Of a DNA stretch of 64,000 nucleotides, positions 18,637-29,146 are shown piece after piece; the stretch's first letter is position 1, and every line of letters begins with the position of its first letter. The DNA comes from Chthonomonadaceae bacterium (GTDB lineage: Bacteria; Armatimonadota; Chthonomonadetes; Chthonomonadales; Chthonomonadaceae). The notes under the pieces are model-generated. The model saw only the letters and a program-made list of their open reading frames with translations. It was not told the DNA's origin and searched no databases. The stretch covers positions 1 through 64,000 of the forward strand of contig DASRGZ010000059.1 in assembly GCA_035650735.1 (NCBI GenBank), in the 5' to 3' direction. A program made the position numbers and the translations under genes.

Positions 18637-19536
18637 GTGTCTCTAGTCAAGCACAAAGCGCAACCGCCCGCTCTCCGGACGCCGCCGCGCCCGGCGCGAG
18701 GGCACGGCTTCGGCGGATGGTGGTACCGCACGGGGCGAATCGGAACTAGCCACGCCGTCCTGTGCCTGCTCGCCGTGACGACCCTGCTGCCCTTCCTCTG
18801 GATGGTGCTGGCCAGCTTCAAGGCCCGCGCCGAAGTCGAGCAGCTCAACCCCTTCCCCACGATCTGGCACCCGGAGAACTACGCCAGGGTTTTTCAGGAG
18901 ATCCCCTTCGCCAAATACTACTTTAACAGCATCTTCATCGCCGCCTGGGTCACGGCGCTGCAATGCCTGACCAGCGCTATGGCCGCCTACGCCTTCTCGC
19001 GCATCCAGTGGAAAGGCCGGGATACCGTCTTCCGGCTCTACCTGGCGACTCTGATGATCCCCGGCGTGGTCACCATGATCCCCAACTTCACGCTGATGGT
19101 CAAGCTGCACCTGCTCGACTCATATGCCGGCCTCATCGTTCCGGCGGCCTTCAGCGCGTTCGGCACGTTCCTGCTGCGCCAGTTCATGCTCACCATCCCG
19201 CGCGCCCTCGACGAGGCCGCCGGCATGGACGGCGCGACCCACTGGCAGATCTTCTGGGACGTGATCCTGCCGCTGGCCCGCCCCGGCCTGATCACCCTGG
19301 CCGTCTTTACCTTCATGGGCACCTACGGCAGCTTTACCTGGCCGCTCATCCTGATCAAGAGCGAGGGCTTGCGGACCCTGCCCATCGGCATGCTCTACTT
19401 CGATAGCGTCTACGGCAAGCAGACGGAGCTCATCATGGCGGCCAGCGTCATGAACATCGTGCCGCTGATCTTGCTGTTTGTCGTCACGCAAAAGTACCTC
19501 GTGGAAGGCATCCAGCTTGGCGCGGTCAAGGGATAA
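18637..19536 (+). CDS. Carbohydrate ABC transporter permease (MalG/UgpE type)
   Basis: Six TM helices; EAA loop IPRALDEAAGMDGA; C-terminal GAVKG. Confidence 0.93.
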   Translation: MSLVKHKAQPPALRTPPRPARGHGFGGWWYRTGRIGTSHAVLCLLAVTTLLPFLWMVLASFKARAEVEQLNPFPTIWHPENYARVFQEIPFAKYYFNSIFIAAWVTALQCLTSAMAAYAFSRIQWKGRDTVFRLYLATLMIPGVVTMIPNFTLMVKLHLLDSYAGLIVPAAFSAFGTFLLRQFMLTIPRALDEAAGMDGATHWQIFWDVILPLARPGLITLAVFTFMGTYGSFTWPLILIKSEGLRTLPIGMLYFDSVYGKQTELIMAASVMNIVPLILLFVVTQKYLVEGIQLGAVKG

Positions 19537-19581
19537 ACCTAATGCGAAACACCAGAACGAAGGCCACGGAGCCGTCTGGGT

Positions 19582-20193
19582 TCAATGGGAATCAGCAATG
19601 ATCTTGCTGCCGCTGGCGCTCTGGACATGAAGATGGAAGCGTCTCAGGCTGGGAGCCGTTTCCAGGCGTGCGGCAAAATCTCGGAGGGAAAGCGTACTGA
19701 GCAACACTTCCGTTTCATAAATCCGAGCATTGTAGTCGCCTGGATTGATTTCCTGGACGCCCTCCAGCTTGCTTAACGCCTTTTCGAGCGCATTAGCCAG
19801 CGAAACGCTGCCGATGCCGCGCACTTCGAGTTCGATATGGCGAGTGGGACTGAGGGCGAGCTTATCGAGCTTGCGCATCAGTCCCTCGCTTATCTCTTCG
19901 CCAAGCTGCTGCAAGCAGATTTTGCTTGCCAATTCCTCCGTCGCATCCGGGGAGCCAGTCTTATGGAGCGCATCGGAGTAGATTTTCTCGCCGGTATCCA
20001 CGCGGATCGCTTTTAGCTCCAGGCGTCCCCGGCACTGGACACGCTCGAGGCGTCCCAGGTCCGTATCCACCATGCGGCGCGTGGCCTCCTGAGTGAACGC
20101 TTCCCCCGTCACCAGAATATCGGCCCCGAACCGGCGTCCTATCTGTATGGCCTCCTTTTTGGCATCCGCGCGGCCTTGGAGGATACGGTCCAT
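19582..20193 (-). CDS. Hypothetical protein, probably the C-terminal fragment of a CsgG/FlgT-like protein
   Basis: IGRRFGADILVTGEA...LKAIRVDTGE pattern; starts mid-domain just after an in-frame TAG and lacks a signal peptide. Confidence 0.5.
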   Translation of the reverse strand: MDRILQGRADAKKEAIQIGRRFGADILVTGEAFTQEATRRMVDTDLGRLERVQCRGRLELKAIRVDTGEKIYSDALHKTGSPDATEELASKICLQQLGEEISEGLMRKLDKLALSPTRHIELEVRGIGSVSLANALEKALSKLEGVQEINPGDYNARIYETEVLLSTLSLRDFAARLETAPSLRRFHLHVQSASGSKIIADSH

Positions 20194-20276
20194 CTAGGCT
20201 GAATAGCGCAATTCCTGGTAGCCGTTTGGCCTCTCTATGGAAGCGGCATCTAGCCTTCCTGTTCTCTCTTCCCTTT

Positions 20277-21638
20277 TCAGGCGGCGTGCGGCAGGCGTTG
20301 CGGCGCGGCATCCGAAGGAGCGCTCTTGCTCTGAGCCAGCGCGGCAAGCGGTGCAGGCTCCCGGGCGTCGCGCGGATAGATCGCCGATCCCAGACCCAGC
20401 CGCAGGGGCGCGCGGCCCGCATGCCAGCCCTGCTCCTCCAGCCAATCACCCAGGGCAACGGCCAGACGCGCCTGGACGACCCGCACCTTCTCGCCCGTGA
20501 ACGGCAAGATCAGGGCAAAGGTATCCTCGCTATAACGGGTCAGGATGTCCACGCGGCGCACCGTCTGGCGGATGATCTCCGCCGTGCCCAGCACCGCGTT
20601 GTCCGCCTTGAGCGTTCCCTGGGCGCGGGCAAAGCTCTCCAGCCCGCCCAGCACCACGAACAGGAGCGCCAATTCGCTCTCCATCCGGCTCGCCCGGCTC
20701 AATTCCTCTTCCAGGCGGCTCTCGAAATAGTTGCAGTTATAGAGCCGGGTCTGGCTATCCACGACGGAGACCTGATCGAGCAGCGCCTGCTGCTCCTCCA
20801 GGCGCTTGCGCATCTGCGCCATCTTCATCTGCGCGTCGCGCAACTCGTCCGTGACCAGGATCTTCTTGAGCTTGCGGGTGGAGTTGCGCAGGATATGCGA
20901 GACGTAATTACAGGAGATGCCAAGCTGCCGGGCTATCTCGGTCTGGTTCAAATCCTTGTAATAGAACTCGAAGAGGACCGTCTGCTCCAGGTCTTTGAGC
21001 TTATCCATCGCCGTTTCCAGCACGATCCGGTCTTCGACGGGCAGTTGGAAGGAGACGGCGACATCCGCGCCGGCCTGCCGCTCCATATCAATGGCCCCGC
21101 CGCCATCGTCTTCGCTTTCGCTGCCACCGTCAATGGATTGGACTTTGAAGACCTCCCGCGTGGTCAGCATCTCCGTGACCGTCTCTTCGGACAGGCCCAT
21201 CATCTGGGCTATCTCGGCGTTGGTGGGCGGACGGCTGAACTGTTGGGCCAGCGAGTCGATGACCCGCGTCATCCTCTGGTTCAACTCCTGCAGCCAGGCC
21301 GGTTCCTTGATGATCTTGCCCCGGTCGCGCAGGTAGTGCTTGATCTGTCCAATGATAAAATGAGTGGCGTAGGTCGAAAATTTAACGTTCTTGGTTGGGT
21401 CGTAGAGATCGATAGCCGTAATCAGGCCGATATAGCCTTCCTGCGCCAGATCCTCGACCGGCTCGGCGGAGCCGGAGAAGCGGCGAGCCACGCTCTCCAC
21501 CAGGCCGGTATACCGCAGCACGATCCGGTCGCGCAGGGCAGAATTGCCGGTCTGCCGGTACTCCAGCAGCAGCTGCAAAACCTCTTCTTCCGTGCGCTTG
21601 CGTTGGGCCTGATTCGGTTTTGGGTTTTCTATGAGCAT
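20277..21638 (-). CDS. SigB/SigF-type sigma-70 factor fused to a degenerate GGDEF domain
   Basis: Region 2 EDLAQEGYIGLITAIDLYDP...FSTYA...IKHYLRD; region 4 LNQTEIARQLGISCNYVS; C-terminal DSQTRLYN...RRVDILTRYSEDTF. Confidence 0.9.
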   Translation of the reverse strand: MLIENPKPNQAQRKRTEEEVLQLLLEYRQTGNSALRDRIVLRYTGLVESVARRFSGSAEPVEDLAQEGYIGLITAIDLYDPTKNVKFSTYATHFIIGQIKHYLRDRGKIIKEPAWLQELNQRMTRVIDSLAQQFSRPPTNAEIAQMMGLSEETVTEMLTTREVFKVQSIDGGSESEDDGGGAIDMERQAGADVAVSFQLPVEDRIVLETAMDKLKDLEQTVLFEFYYKDLNQTEIARQLGISCNYVSHILRNSTRKLKKILVTDELRDAQMKMAQMRKRLEEQQALLDQVSVVDSQTRLYNCNYFESRLEEELSRASRMESELALLFVVLGGLESFARAQGTLKADNAVLGTAEIIRQTVRRVDILTRYSEDTFALILPFTGEKVRVVQARLAVALGDWLEEQGWHAGRAPLRLGLGSAIYPRDAREPAPLAALAQSKSAPSDAAPQRLPHAA

Positions 21639-21808
21639 CTTCCTTAACTTTGGTCACACGGCTGCGTTGGCGTTTATGGCGCGAAGCCTCAAGGCCGCAC
21701 TCATTATTGCCCAAAGCGCCCGGTAGCTTTAGCGTTACGGCGCGCCCATAGGCCCGCAGGACCTCTTCCGCGTGCAACCAGCGTCCTCTGCGGCTCGCCG
21801 ACTCTTTT

Positions 21809-22042
21809 CTCCCCTCTCCTTGCGAAGGAGAGGGAGCAGGGGGTGAGGTCTCTCCCCTCTCCCGCAGCGTGGATCGCCAGGCGGAGGGCTGTCGCAAGGC
21901 AGAGCCGTGTCGCAAGGTGTCGCTAGGCGGAGCCGGAGGCCGTAACTCCGGCGACCCTAAGCAGTGGCCCAACCATTGCAGGCGCGACCCTTGCAGTCCA
22001 TTGCAGGGCCGACCCTGGCAGTAGGGGACAGGGGGTGAGGGC
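21809..22042. repeat. Composite REP-like element interrupted by ~150 bp of nested short repeats
   Basis: CTCCCCTCTCCTTGCGAAGGAGAGGG...CCCCTCTCCCGCAGCGTGG, then the insert, then AGGGGACAGGGGGTGAGGGC. Confidence 0.7.
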
Positions 22043-22237
22043 TACATGAGAAAACAGGAGGACTCTGTGGGCGTAGAGGAAAGGAAGGAACAGCGAGGGG
22101 CTCTTGCCGGGGCGTTAGACAGCGAAAATTTGCAGCCCAGCCCTGCGTATAGAATAGAGAAAAACGGGCCTCGGTCGGCCATTGCGCCTCCGTTTATGCC
22201 AGCGCATGTGAAATGGTACACAACCGAGCAGGAATCG

Positions 22238-22266
22238 TTGACAATCGTTTCGAAAAGTGTGATAAT
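22238..22266 (+). promoter_or_regulatory. Sigma-70-type promoter upstream of pspA
   Basis: TTGACA-17 bp-GATAAT with extended -10 TG. Confidence 0.65.
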
Positions 22267-22360
22267 ACAATTTCATAGGAACAAAGCGGGCTGCGCCAGA
22301 TAGGGTGTAAATAGCCTGCAGAGTAGCGAAACAACGACCGAAGACACAATTCACAATTGG

Positions 22361-22432
22361 CCCTCACCCCGGCCTTGTGGGAGAGGGGAGAGACCTCGCC
22401 CCCAGCCCCTCTCCTTCGTAAGGAAAGGGGAG
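22361..22432. repeat. Composite REP-like element, inverted relative to the 21809 copy
   Basis: Reverse complement matches 21809-21863 with 5 differences in 55 nt. Confidence 0.75.
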
Positions 22433-22588
22433 TTTGAAAACACAAGAATTCCTCGCACGCGCGGGGGTGAACCGAGATCGCTATGAGGGCTTGACGCCGA
22501 GCCCGCGCGCAGACCGCGCGGTTGCCCGGAGAGGCGCGCTCGCGCCGCGCCGTCCGCTAGAGCCAGGCGCGAAAGGAGACCGGCTGCA

Positions 22589-23407
22589 ATGTTTAAACGC
22601 ATAATGCGCTACCTACGGGCACTGATAATGGGTAAGCTCGATCAATGGGAAGACCCAGAACTGATCATTAACGAAGCCGTTCGCGAGATGAAGGAAAACC
22701 AGATCAAGAACCGCGAGCTGGCCGTGCAAGCCATTACCCAGAAGAATAACCTGCAGGCCGAGGTAGACAAGGAAGAGCGGCTTATCGCCGAGTTGGAGCG
22801 CAAGGCGACCCTGGCCCTGCAATCCGGCAACCGGGAACTCGCCAAGCAGTTCCTGAAAGAAAGGGCCCTGCATGATCAGACCCTGCAGAGCATGAAGGCC
22901 AACCTGGCTGCCGCCACCGAAGCAGCCGAAAAGGTCAAGCAAGCCATCCGTCAGGAAGAGGAGCGCATTCGCGTGCGCACCGCCGAGGCGCTGGCCATGA
23001 AGGCCAACATGAAGCAGGCCCAGATCCAGATCAAGATCAATAAGGCCCTCGACCAGTTCCAGTTCAGCGAGAACGAGCAGCAGTGGTCGCACGTGCAGGA
23101 GCGCATCCAGACCATGCAATCGGAGGCCTCGGCCCGCGCGGAAGTCGCCAATACCAGCATCGACTCGAAGCTGCGCGAGATGGAGGTCTCCCAGATGGAT
23201 GCAGAGGCCGAGCGCCAGCTGGCCGAGCTGGAGGCCAAGATGGCTATCGGCGGCACCACCGCCACCAACTACGCCACCGCCAATGTCCAGCAGGTGCAGA
23301 CGGTCGGCGGCGGTGCCGTCAACTCCAACGGCGCTGGCGGCGCGCAGGAGAGCGAGCTCGACCGGCAGCTGCGCGAGCTCGAAGCCAAGCTGGGCGGCCA
23401 GAAGTAA
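22589..23407 (+). CDS. pspA: PspA/IM30 (bacterial ESCRT-III) family protein with a Vipp1-like C-terminal extension
   Basis: N-terminal amphipathic helix, EDPELII, long coiled coils, GNRELAK; extra C-terminal helix after a Gly/Asn-rich linker. Confidence 0.9.
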   Translation: MFKRIMRYLRALIMGKLDQWEDPELIINEAVREMKENQIKNRELAVQAITQKNNLQAEVDKEERLIAELERKATLALQSGNRELAKQFLKERALHDQTLQSMKANLAAATEAAEKVKQAIRQEEERIRVRTAEALAMKANMKQAQIQIKINKALDQFQFSENEQQWSHVQERIQTMQSEASARAEVANTSIDSKLREMEVSQMDAEAERQLAELEAKMAIGGTTATNYATANVQQVQTVGGGAVNSNGAGGAQESELDRQLRELEAKLGGQK

Positions 23408-23513
23408 TCGGTAGAAGGCAGGGCATTGGGGCGATGGCGTGGGCAGGGCCTCAATGCCCTGTTTGCGCCTGCCGCCCGGTATCGCCCGGCAGCACCCCAC
23501 CTAACCGTGGTTT

Positions 23514-23583
23514 AAGGCGGAAGGAGGAAGGAGGAAGAGAGCAAGAGCTTTTCTTCATCCTTCATCCTTCCTCCTTCCGCCTT
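23514..23583. repeat. Inverted heptamer repeats (GGAAGGA / TTCATCC) forming a hairpin
   Basis: AAGGCGGAAGGAGGAAGGAGGAAG ... CTTCATCCTTCATCCTTCCTCCTTCCGCCTT. Confidence 0.7.
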
Positions 23584-23644
23584 TCAAGAGGCAGCCACGC
23601 TTTCGCGCTGTGCCATCTATTTCCCGAAATTTGGAATCAATTCC

Positions 23645-24229
23645 ATGAGTATCCCACAACGTCTCTATCGTATTGCCAAGTCTAAACTCAACGAGCTTAA
23701 GGATCGCATCGAGCAGCTCGACGCAGAAACCCAGCTGGACCCGGAAACCGAGCGGAAGCTCCAGCAGGCCCAGTATCGCCGGGATGCCCGCCGCGAACTG
23801 GAGGATGCGCTCTCGACGCCGGCCCCGGCTCCGCCTCCCGCCTCGTCTCCGCCACATCCGAGCGACCGTTCTACCGTTCCCTCGCAGCCGTCCCTGCCGC
23901 GCCGCACGCCGGAAGAGATCGCGCGCGGGACCTTTTCTAAGACCGCTCCTCCGCCCACCAGCGCGCCCACCACAACCACGCCAACGGCCCAATCAGACCC
24001 GCTGGCCTACCACTACAGGCTGCTCGGACTGGAGCCGGGAGCCGATTGGGTCGCCGTGCAGAACGCCTATAACAACCTGGCAGCCCGCGCCGAGCCGGGC
24101 CGTTTTGCCGCCGGTTCCGAGGAGGAGCGCACGGCCCAGGAGATCCGCAAGCGCCTGGATGCTTCTTACCAGGTGCTGCGGGATGCCCTGGACCCGACCG
24201 CGCGCCGTTTCGATCTTATCGAGTACTGA
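23645..24229 (+). CDS. Protein with a C-terminal J-domain-like fold lacking HPD
   Basis: YRLLGLEPGADWVAVQNAYNNLAARAEPGRF...LDASYQVL; Pro-rich linker. Confidence 0.7.
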   Translation: MSIPQRLYRIAKSKLNELKDRIEQLDAETQLDPETERKLQQAQYRRDARRELEDALSTPAPAPPPASSPPHPSDRSTVPSQPSLPRRTPEEIARGTFSKTAPPPTSAPTTTTPTAQSDPLAYHYRLLGLEPGADWVAVQNAYNNLAARAEPGRFAAGSEEERTAQEIRKRLDASYQVLRDALDPTARRFDLIEY

Positions 24230-24340
24230 CCGCTGTAGAATTTATTCCATCGCCCTAAGGCGTGGGAGAATCAGGGTACTTCCGTTTTCCTTGTAGGGAC
24301 CCTGGGGAAGTACGAGGAGCCAGGAGAGACTCGGCAGACG

Positions 24341-24784
24341 CTACGGGTTGGCGGGGCCAAAGGATTGGCCTGAGTTCCAGACCCGAATGTTGTTCTGGAG
24401 AACGCCGTGCCAGCGGACTTGTTCGGGAGTAAGCTTGCCGCGCCGGTGCCGGGAATGCTTGTAGTTGCCCATAGTGTTGCGCATCATCTGGCGGCGCTCG
24501 GCCAGCGTAAAGACATGGATAGAGCGGGCATGATAGGGGCGGATACTGTGGCCTCGGAAGGAGCGGAGGGAATGGCTGCGCACCGGACGGACGGGCTGCG
24601 CGTGAAACTCCTTAACGGGCTGGCTATGGATTGGCTGGAGCGTCTGCGCATGGAATTCCTGAATCGGTTGGGCCTGATGGGACTTGATGGTTTGCGCGGA
24701 GGCGCAGACGGGCATCAGCGCGCCCATCAATCCGAACAGCGAGAGCTTACCAACCGGGCCAATCGTCTTGTTGAGGGGAGTCAT
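24341..24784 (-). CDS. Secreted hypothetical protein with His-containing 8-residue repeats
   Basis: Signal peptide ending ASA-Q; QAQPIQEF/HAQTLQPI/HSQPVKEF/HAQPVRPV. Confidence 0.6.
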   Translation of the reverse strand: MTPLNKTIGPVGKLSLFGLMGALMPVCASAQTIKSHQAQPIQEFHAQTLQPIHSQPVKEFHAQPVRPVRSHSLRSFRGHSIRPYHARSIHVFTLAERRQMMRNTMGNYKHSRHRRGKLTPEQVRWHGVLQNNIRVWNSGQSFGPANP

Positions 24785-24912
24785 TAAGATAACCTTCCTA
24801 AGGTGAAGTGAACTGGCACTTTGAAGTATCGCGTAAAGCTAGGCGCCATTTGACAGAGAAAAGCACCGGAGTTGCACCACGCCAGGCCGAGCTTCTCGGC
24901 CTGGAACCTACT

Positions 24913-24952
24913 CGAAACAAGAACGCCTCCCAGGCTGCCTGAGGAGGCGTTC
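24913..24952 (-). terminator. Probable intrinsic terminator of the oxidoreductase gene
   Basis: GAACGCCTCC...GGAGGCGTTC stem followed by TTGTTT on the minus strand. Confidence 0.55.
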
Positions 24953-25005
24953 TCGCTAGATTGTCCCTTTATTGGGCCTCTCCAGCGGAGACGGCCAGGC
25001 GGAGA

Positions 25006-26088
25006 CTACTTGAAGTAGACCGGCTCGCCCGTTCGAGCAGAGGTGTAGATGGCTTCCAGGATTTCGGAGACCACACACGCCTGCTCAGGCAGGGTCACCG
25101 GCTGCTTGTCGTTGACAATGGCATCAATCCAGAGCCGCGCCTCCATATCCGAATCGCTTTCCGATTTGCCGGCATAGAAGGCCACGCCCCCGGCGCTCAG
25201 ATCGATCTTGGTCTCATAGAGCCGGCTAAGGTTCTCCCCGTTGATGCGCAGGCCGTTGAGCATATCGGCGCCGCCCTCGGTGCCGCACAGCGTACACATG
25301 GCTTCACCCACCTGCAGGGTATTGAGCGCCCAGCTCGACTCGAGGACGATGGTGGCACCATTCTTCATAACGATGAAGCCAAAGGCGGAATCCTCCACGG
25401 TGAACTTCTTAGGATCCCACGGCCCCCAGGCGTTGGCGGCGTTCTTGCGCTGGGAGAGCTTGTGATAGGCGGTTCCCACGACCATGCGGGGCTCGTAGTT
25501 GTTCATCATCCAGAGGGTCAGATCCAGCGCGTGGGTGCCGATGTCAATGAGCGGGCCGCCTCCCTGCTTCTCCTCATCCAGGAACACGCCCCAGGTCGGC
25601 ACGGCCCGCCGACGGATGGCGTGCGCCTTGGCGAAATAGATCTCGCCCAGGTCGCCCCGGCGGCAAACCTGATGTAGATACTGGCTGTCGGGACGAAATC
25701 GGTTGTTGTAGCCGACCGTTAGCTTCTTGCCGGTGCGCTTGGCCGCCTCAACCATGCGGCGGGCATCCGCCGCCGTCTTGGCCATCGGCTTTTCCGACAT
25801 GACGTGCTTGCCAGCCTCCAGGGCCGCGATGGTGATCTCGGCGTGCGAGTCGTTGGGCGTGCAGACATGGACGACATCAATCGTCTTATCCTCAAGGAGC
25901 TTACGGTAGTCCGTATAGACCTTCGCGTTCTCTTTGCCGTACTCTTTCGCCGCCTTCTGCGCGCGCTCCGGGATAATATCGCAGAACGCAACTAGCTCCA
26001 CGTTGTCCAGTTTCGACAGGCTGGGCATGTGCTTGCCGTTGGCGATGCCGCCGCATCCGACAATACCAATGCGGACTGTTTTTGCCAT
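25006..26088 (-). CDS. Gfo/Idh/MocA-family oxidoreductase
   Basis: IGIVGCGGIA, VCTPNDSH, EKPMA, GGGPLIDIGTHALD; AAGGAG RBS. Confidence 0.93.
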   Translation of the reverse strand: MAKTVRIGIVGCGGIANGKHMPSLSKLDNVELVAFCDIIPERAQKAAKEYGKENAKVYTDYRKLLEDKTIDVVHVCTPNDSHAEITIAALEAGKHVMSEKPMAKTAADARRMVEAAKRTGKKLTVGYNNRFRPDSQYLHQVCRRGDLGEIYFAKAHAIRRRAVPTWGVFLDEEKQGGGPLIDIGTHALDLTLWMMNNYEPRMVVGTAYHKLSQRKNAANAWGPWDPKKFTVEDSAFGFIVMKNGATIVLESSWALNTLQVGEAMCTLCGTEGGADMLNGLRINGENLSRLYETKIDLSAGGVAFYAGKSESDSDMEARLWIDAIVNDKQPVTLPEQACVVSEILEAIYTSARTGEPVYFK

Positions 26089-26356
26089 AGGGATCTCCTT
26101 CATCGGATAACTAGGGTGTGGGCCCTTCGCGGGCATAGCTTGGGGTAACACAGAGTATACCTAATTCGGGACGGGAAAGAAAAGCCTCCCTTCACCCCCT
26201 CTTCTTTGACAATCGAATTCAGGGAACCTCACTGCTTGCTATTTCGTCCGACAACAGGCATCCTACGAGGAGGCGTGTGCAAGGAAGTAAATAGAGAGCG
26301 TCCTTGCCCCAGAGCAAAGGCACGCCGATCAAGGTTGAAAGGAGAGGTGTTCTACA

Positions 26357-26734
26357 ATGGCAGAGAACAAGAAGAACCAGGATGAGCAGGGCATGACCGT
26401 CCAGGAGGCTGGCCGCAAGGGTGGCGAGGCCACTGCCAAGACCCATGGCCATGAGTTCTATGAGGAAATCGGCCACAAGGGCGGCGAGGCCCGCAAGGAA
26501 GAGCTCGGCCCTGAGGGCTACAGCGAGCTGGGTCGCAAGGGCGGCGAAGCTACTGCCCAATCCCATGGCAAAGAGTTCTATCAGGAGATCGGCCACAAGG
26601 GCGGCGAAGCTACCGCCCAGTCCCACGGCCACGAGTTTTATGAGGAGATCGGCCACAAGGGTGGCGAAAAGGGCGGTCAGCGCGTCAAAGAGCTGATCGA
26701 GGAAGGCAAGCGCGCCGAGCAGGAGAACAAGTAA
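26357..26734 (+). CDS. GsiB-like general stress protein (KGG / group-1 LEA 20-mer repeats)
   Basis: Tandem 20-aa units such as GGEATAQSHGHEFYEEIGHK; strong RBS. Confidence 0.9.
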   Translation: MAENKKNQDEQGMTVQEAGRKGGEATAKTHGHEFYEEIGHKGGEARKEELGPEGYSELGRKGGEATAQSHGKEFYQEIGHKGGEATAQSHGHEFYEEIGHKGGEKGGQRVKELIEEGKRAEQENK

Positions 26735-26756
26735 TCTCTTCTGCCCGCGCAGCCTA

Positions 26757-26795
26757 TTTTTGAGGCAGGTCTGATGCACAGACCTGCCTCATTTT
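26757..26795. terminator. Intrinsic terminator after the stress gene
   Basis: TGAGGCAGGTCTG-ATGCA-CAGACCTGCCTCA followed by TTTT. Confidence 0.75.
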
Positions 26796-26819
26796 GGGTG
26801 GACCTAACCCTCCGTCCCT

Positions 26820-26882
26820 ATCGCCCTCACCCCCTGCCCCCTCTCCCACGCTGCGGGAGAGGGGGCAGGGGGTGAGGGCGAT
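26820..26882. repeat. Perfect 28-bp-arm palindrome of the REP-like family
   Basis: ATCGCCCTCACCCCCTGCCCCCTCTCCC, 7-nt loop, then its exact reverse complement; abuts the acs stop codon. Confidence 0.9.
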
Positions 26883-28877
<1,995 letters not shown>

Positions 28878-28968
28878 CGTCTCGTCTCTCCTGACTATGT
28901 CACAGCGTTGTGCTTGCTGTCTCTTTCGACAGGGACGCCGACGAGTCCTCCCCTTCCTGGTGGAGAGA

Positions 28969-29142
28969 GAATCCACCGATGACACCGATTAACCCAAGAT
29001 TTCAACAACCTAAACGCGGATGGGATGGATCGGACGGATACCACGGATTCCAGGCCCTTATCCGTTGCATCCGTGTCATCCGTCCTATCCGTGTTCTTCT
29101 TGGTCTTTATAATCTGTGTTAATCGGTGTCATCGGTGGATTC
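28969..29142. repeat. Nested inverted repeat built from ~9-bp CACGGAT/CACCGAT units
   Basis: GAATCCACCGATGACACCGATTAAC ... GTTAATCGGTGTCATCGGTGGATTC, with inner CGGAT/ATCCG arrays. Confidence 0.85.
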
Positions 29143-29146
29143 AGCT

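Noticed and set aside
26100..26356. SigB-type promoter for the GsiB-like gene, which would link it to the sigma-GGDEF protein
   Set aside because: No convincing GTTT-N12-15-GGG(T/A)A(T/A) match found by eye.
26397..26670. 60-bp tandem repeats as a non-coding array
   Set aside because: Fully explained by the 20-aa KGG repeats of the stress protein.
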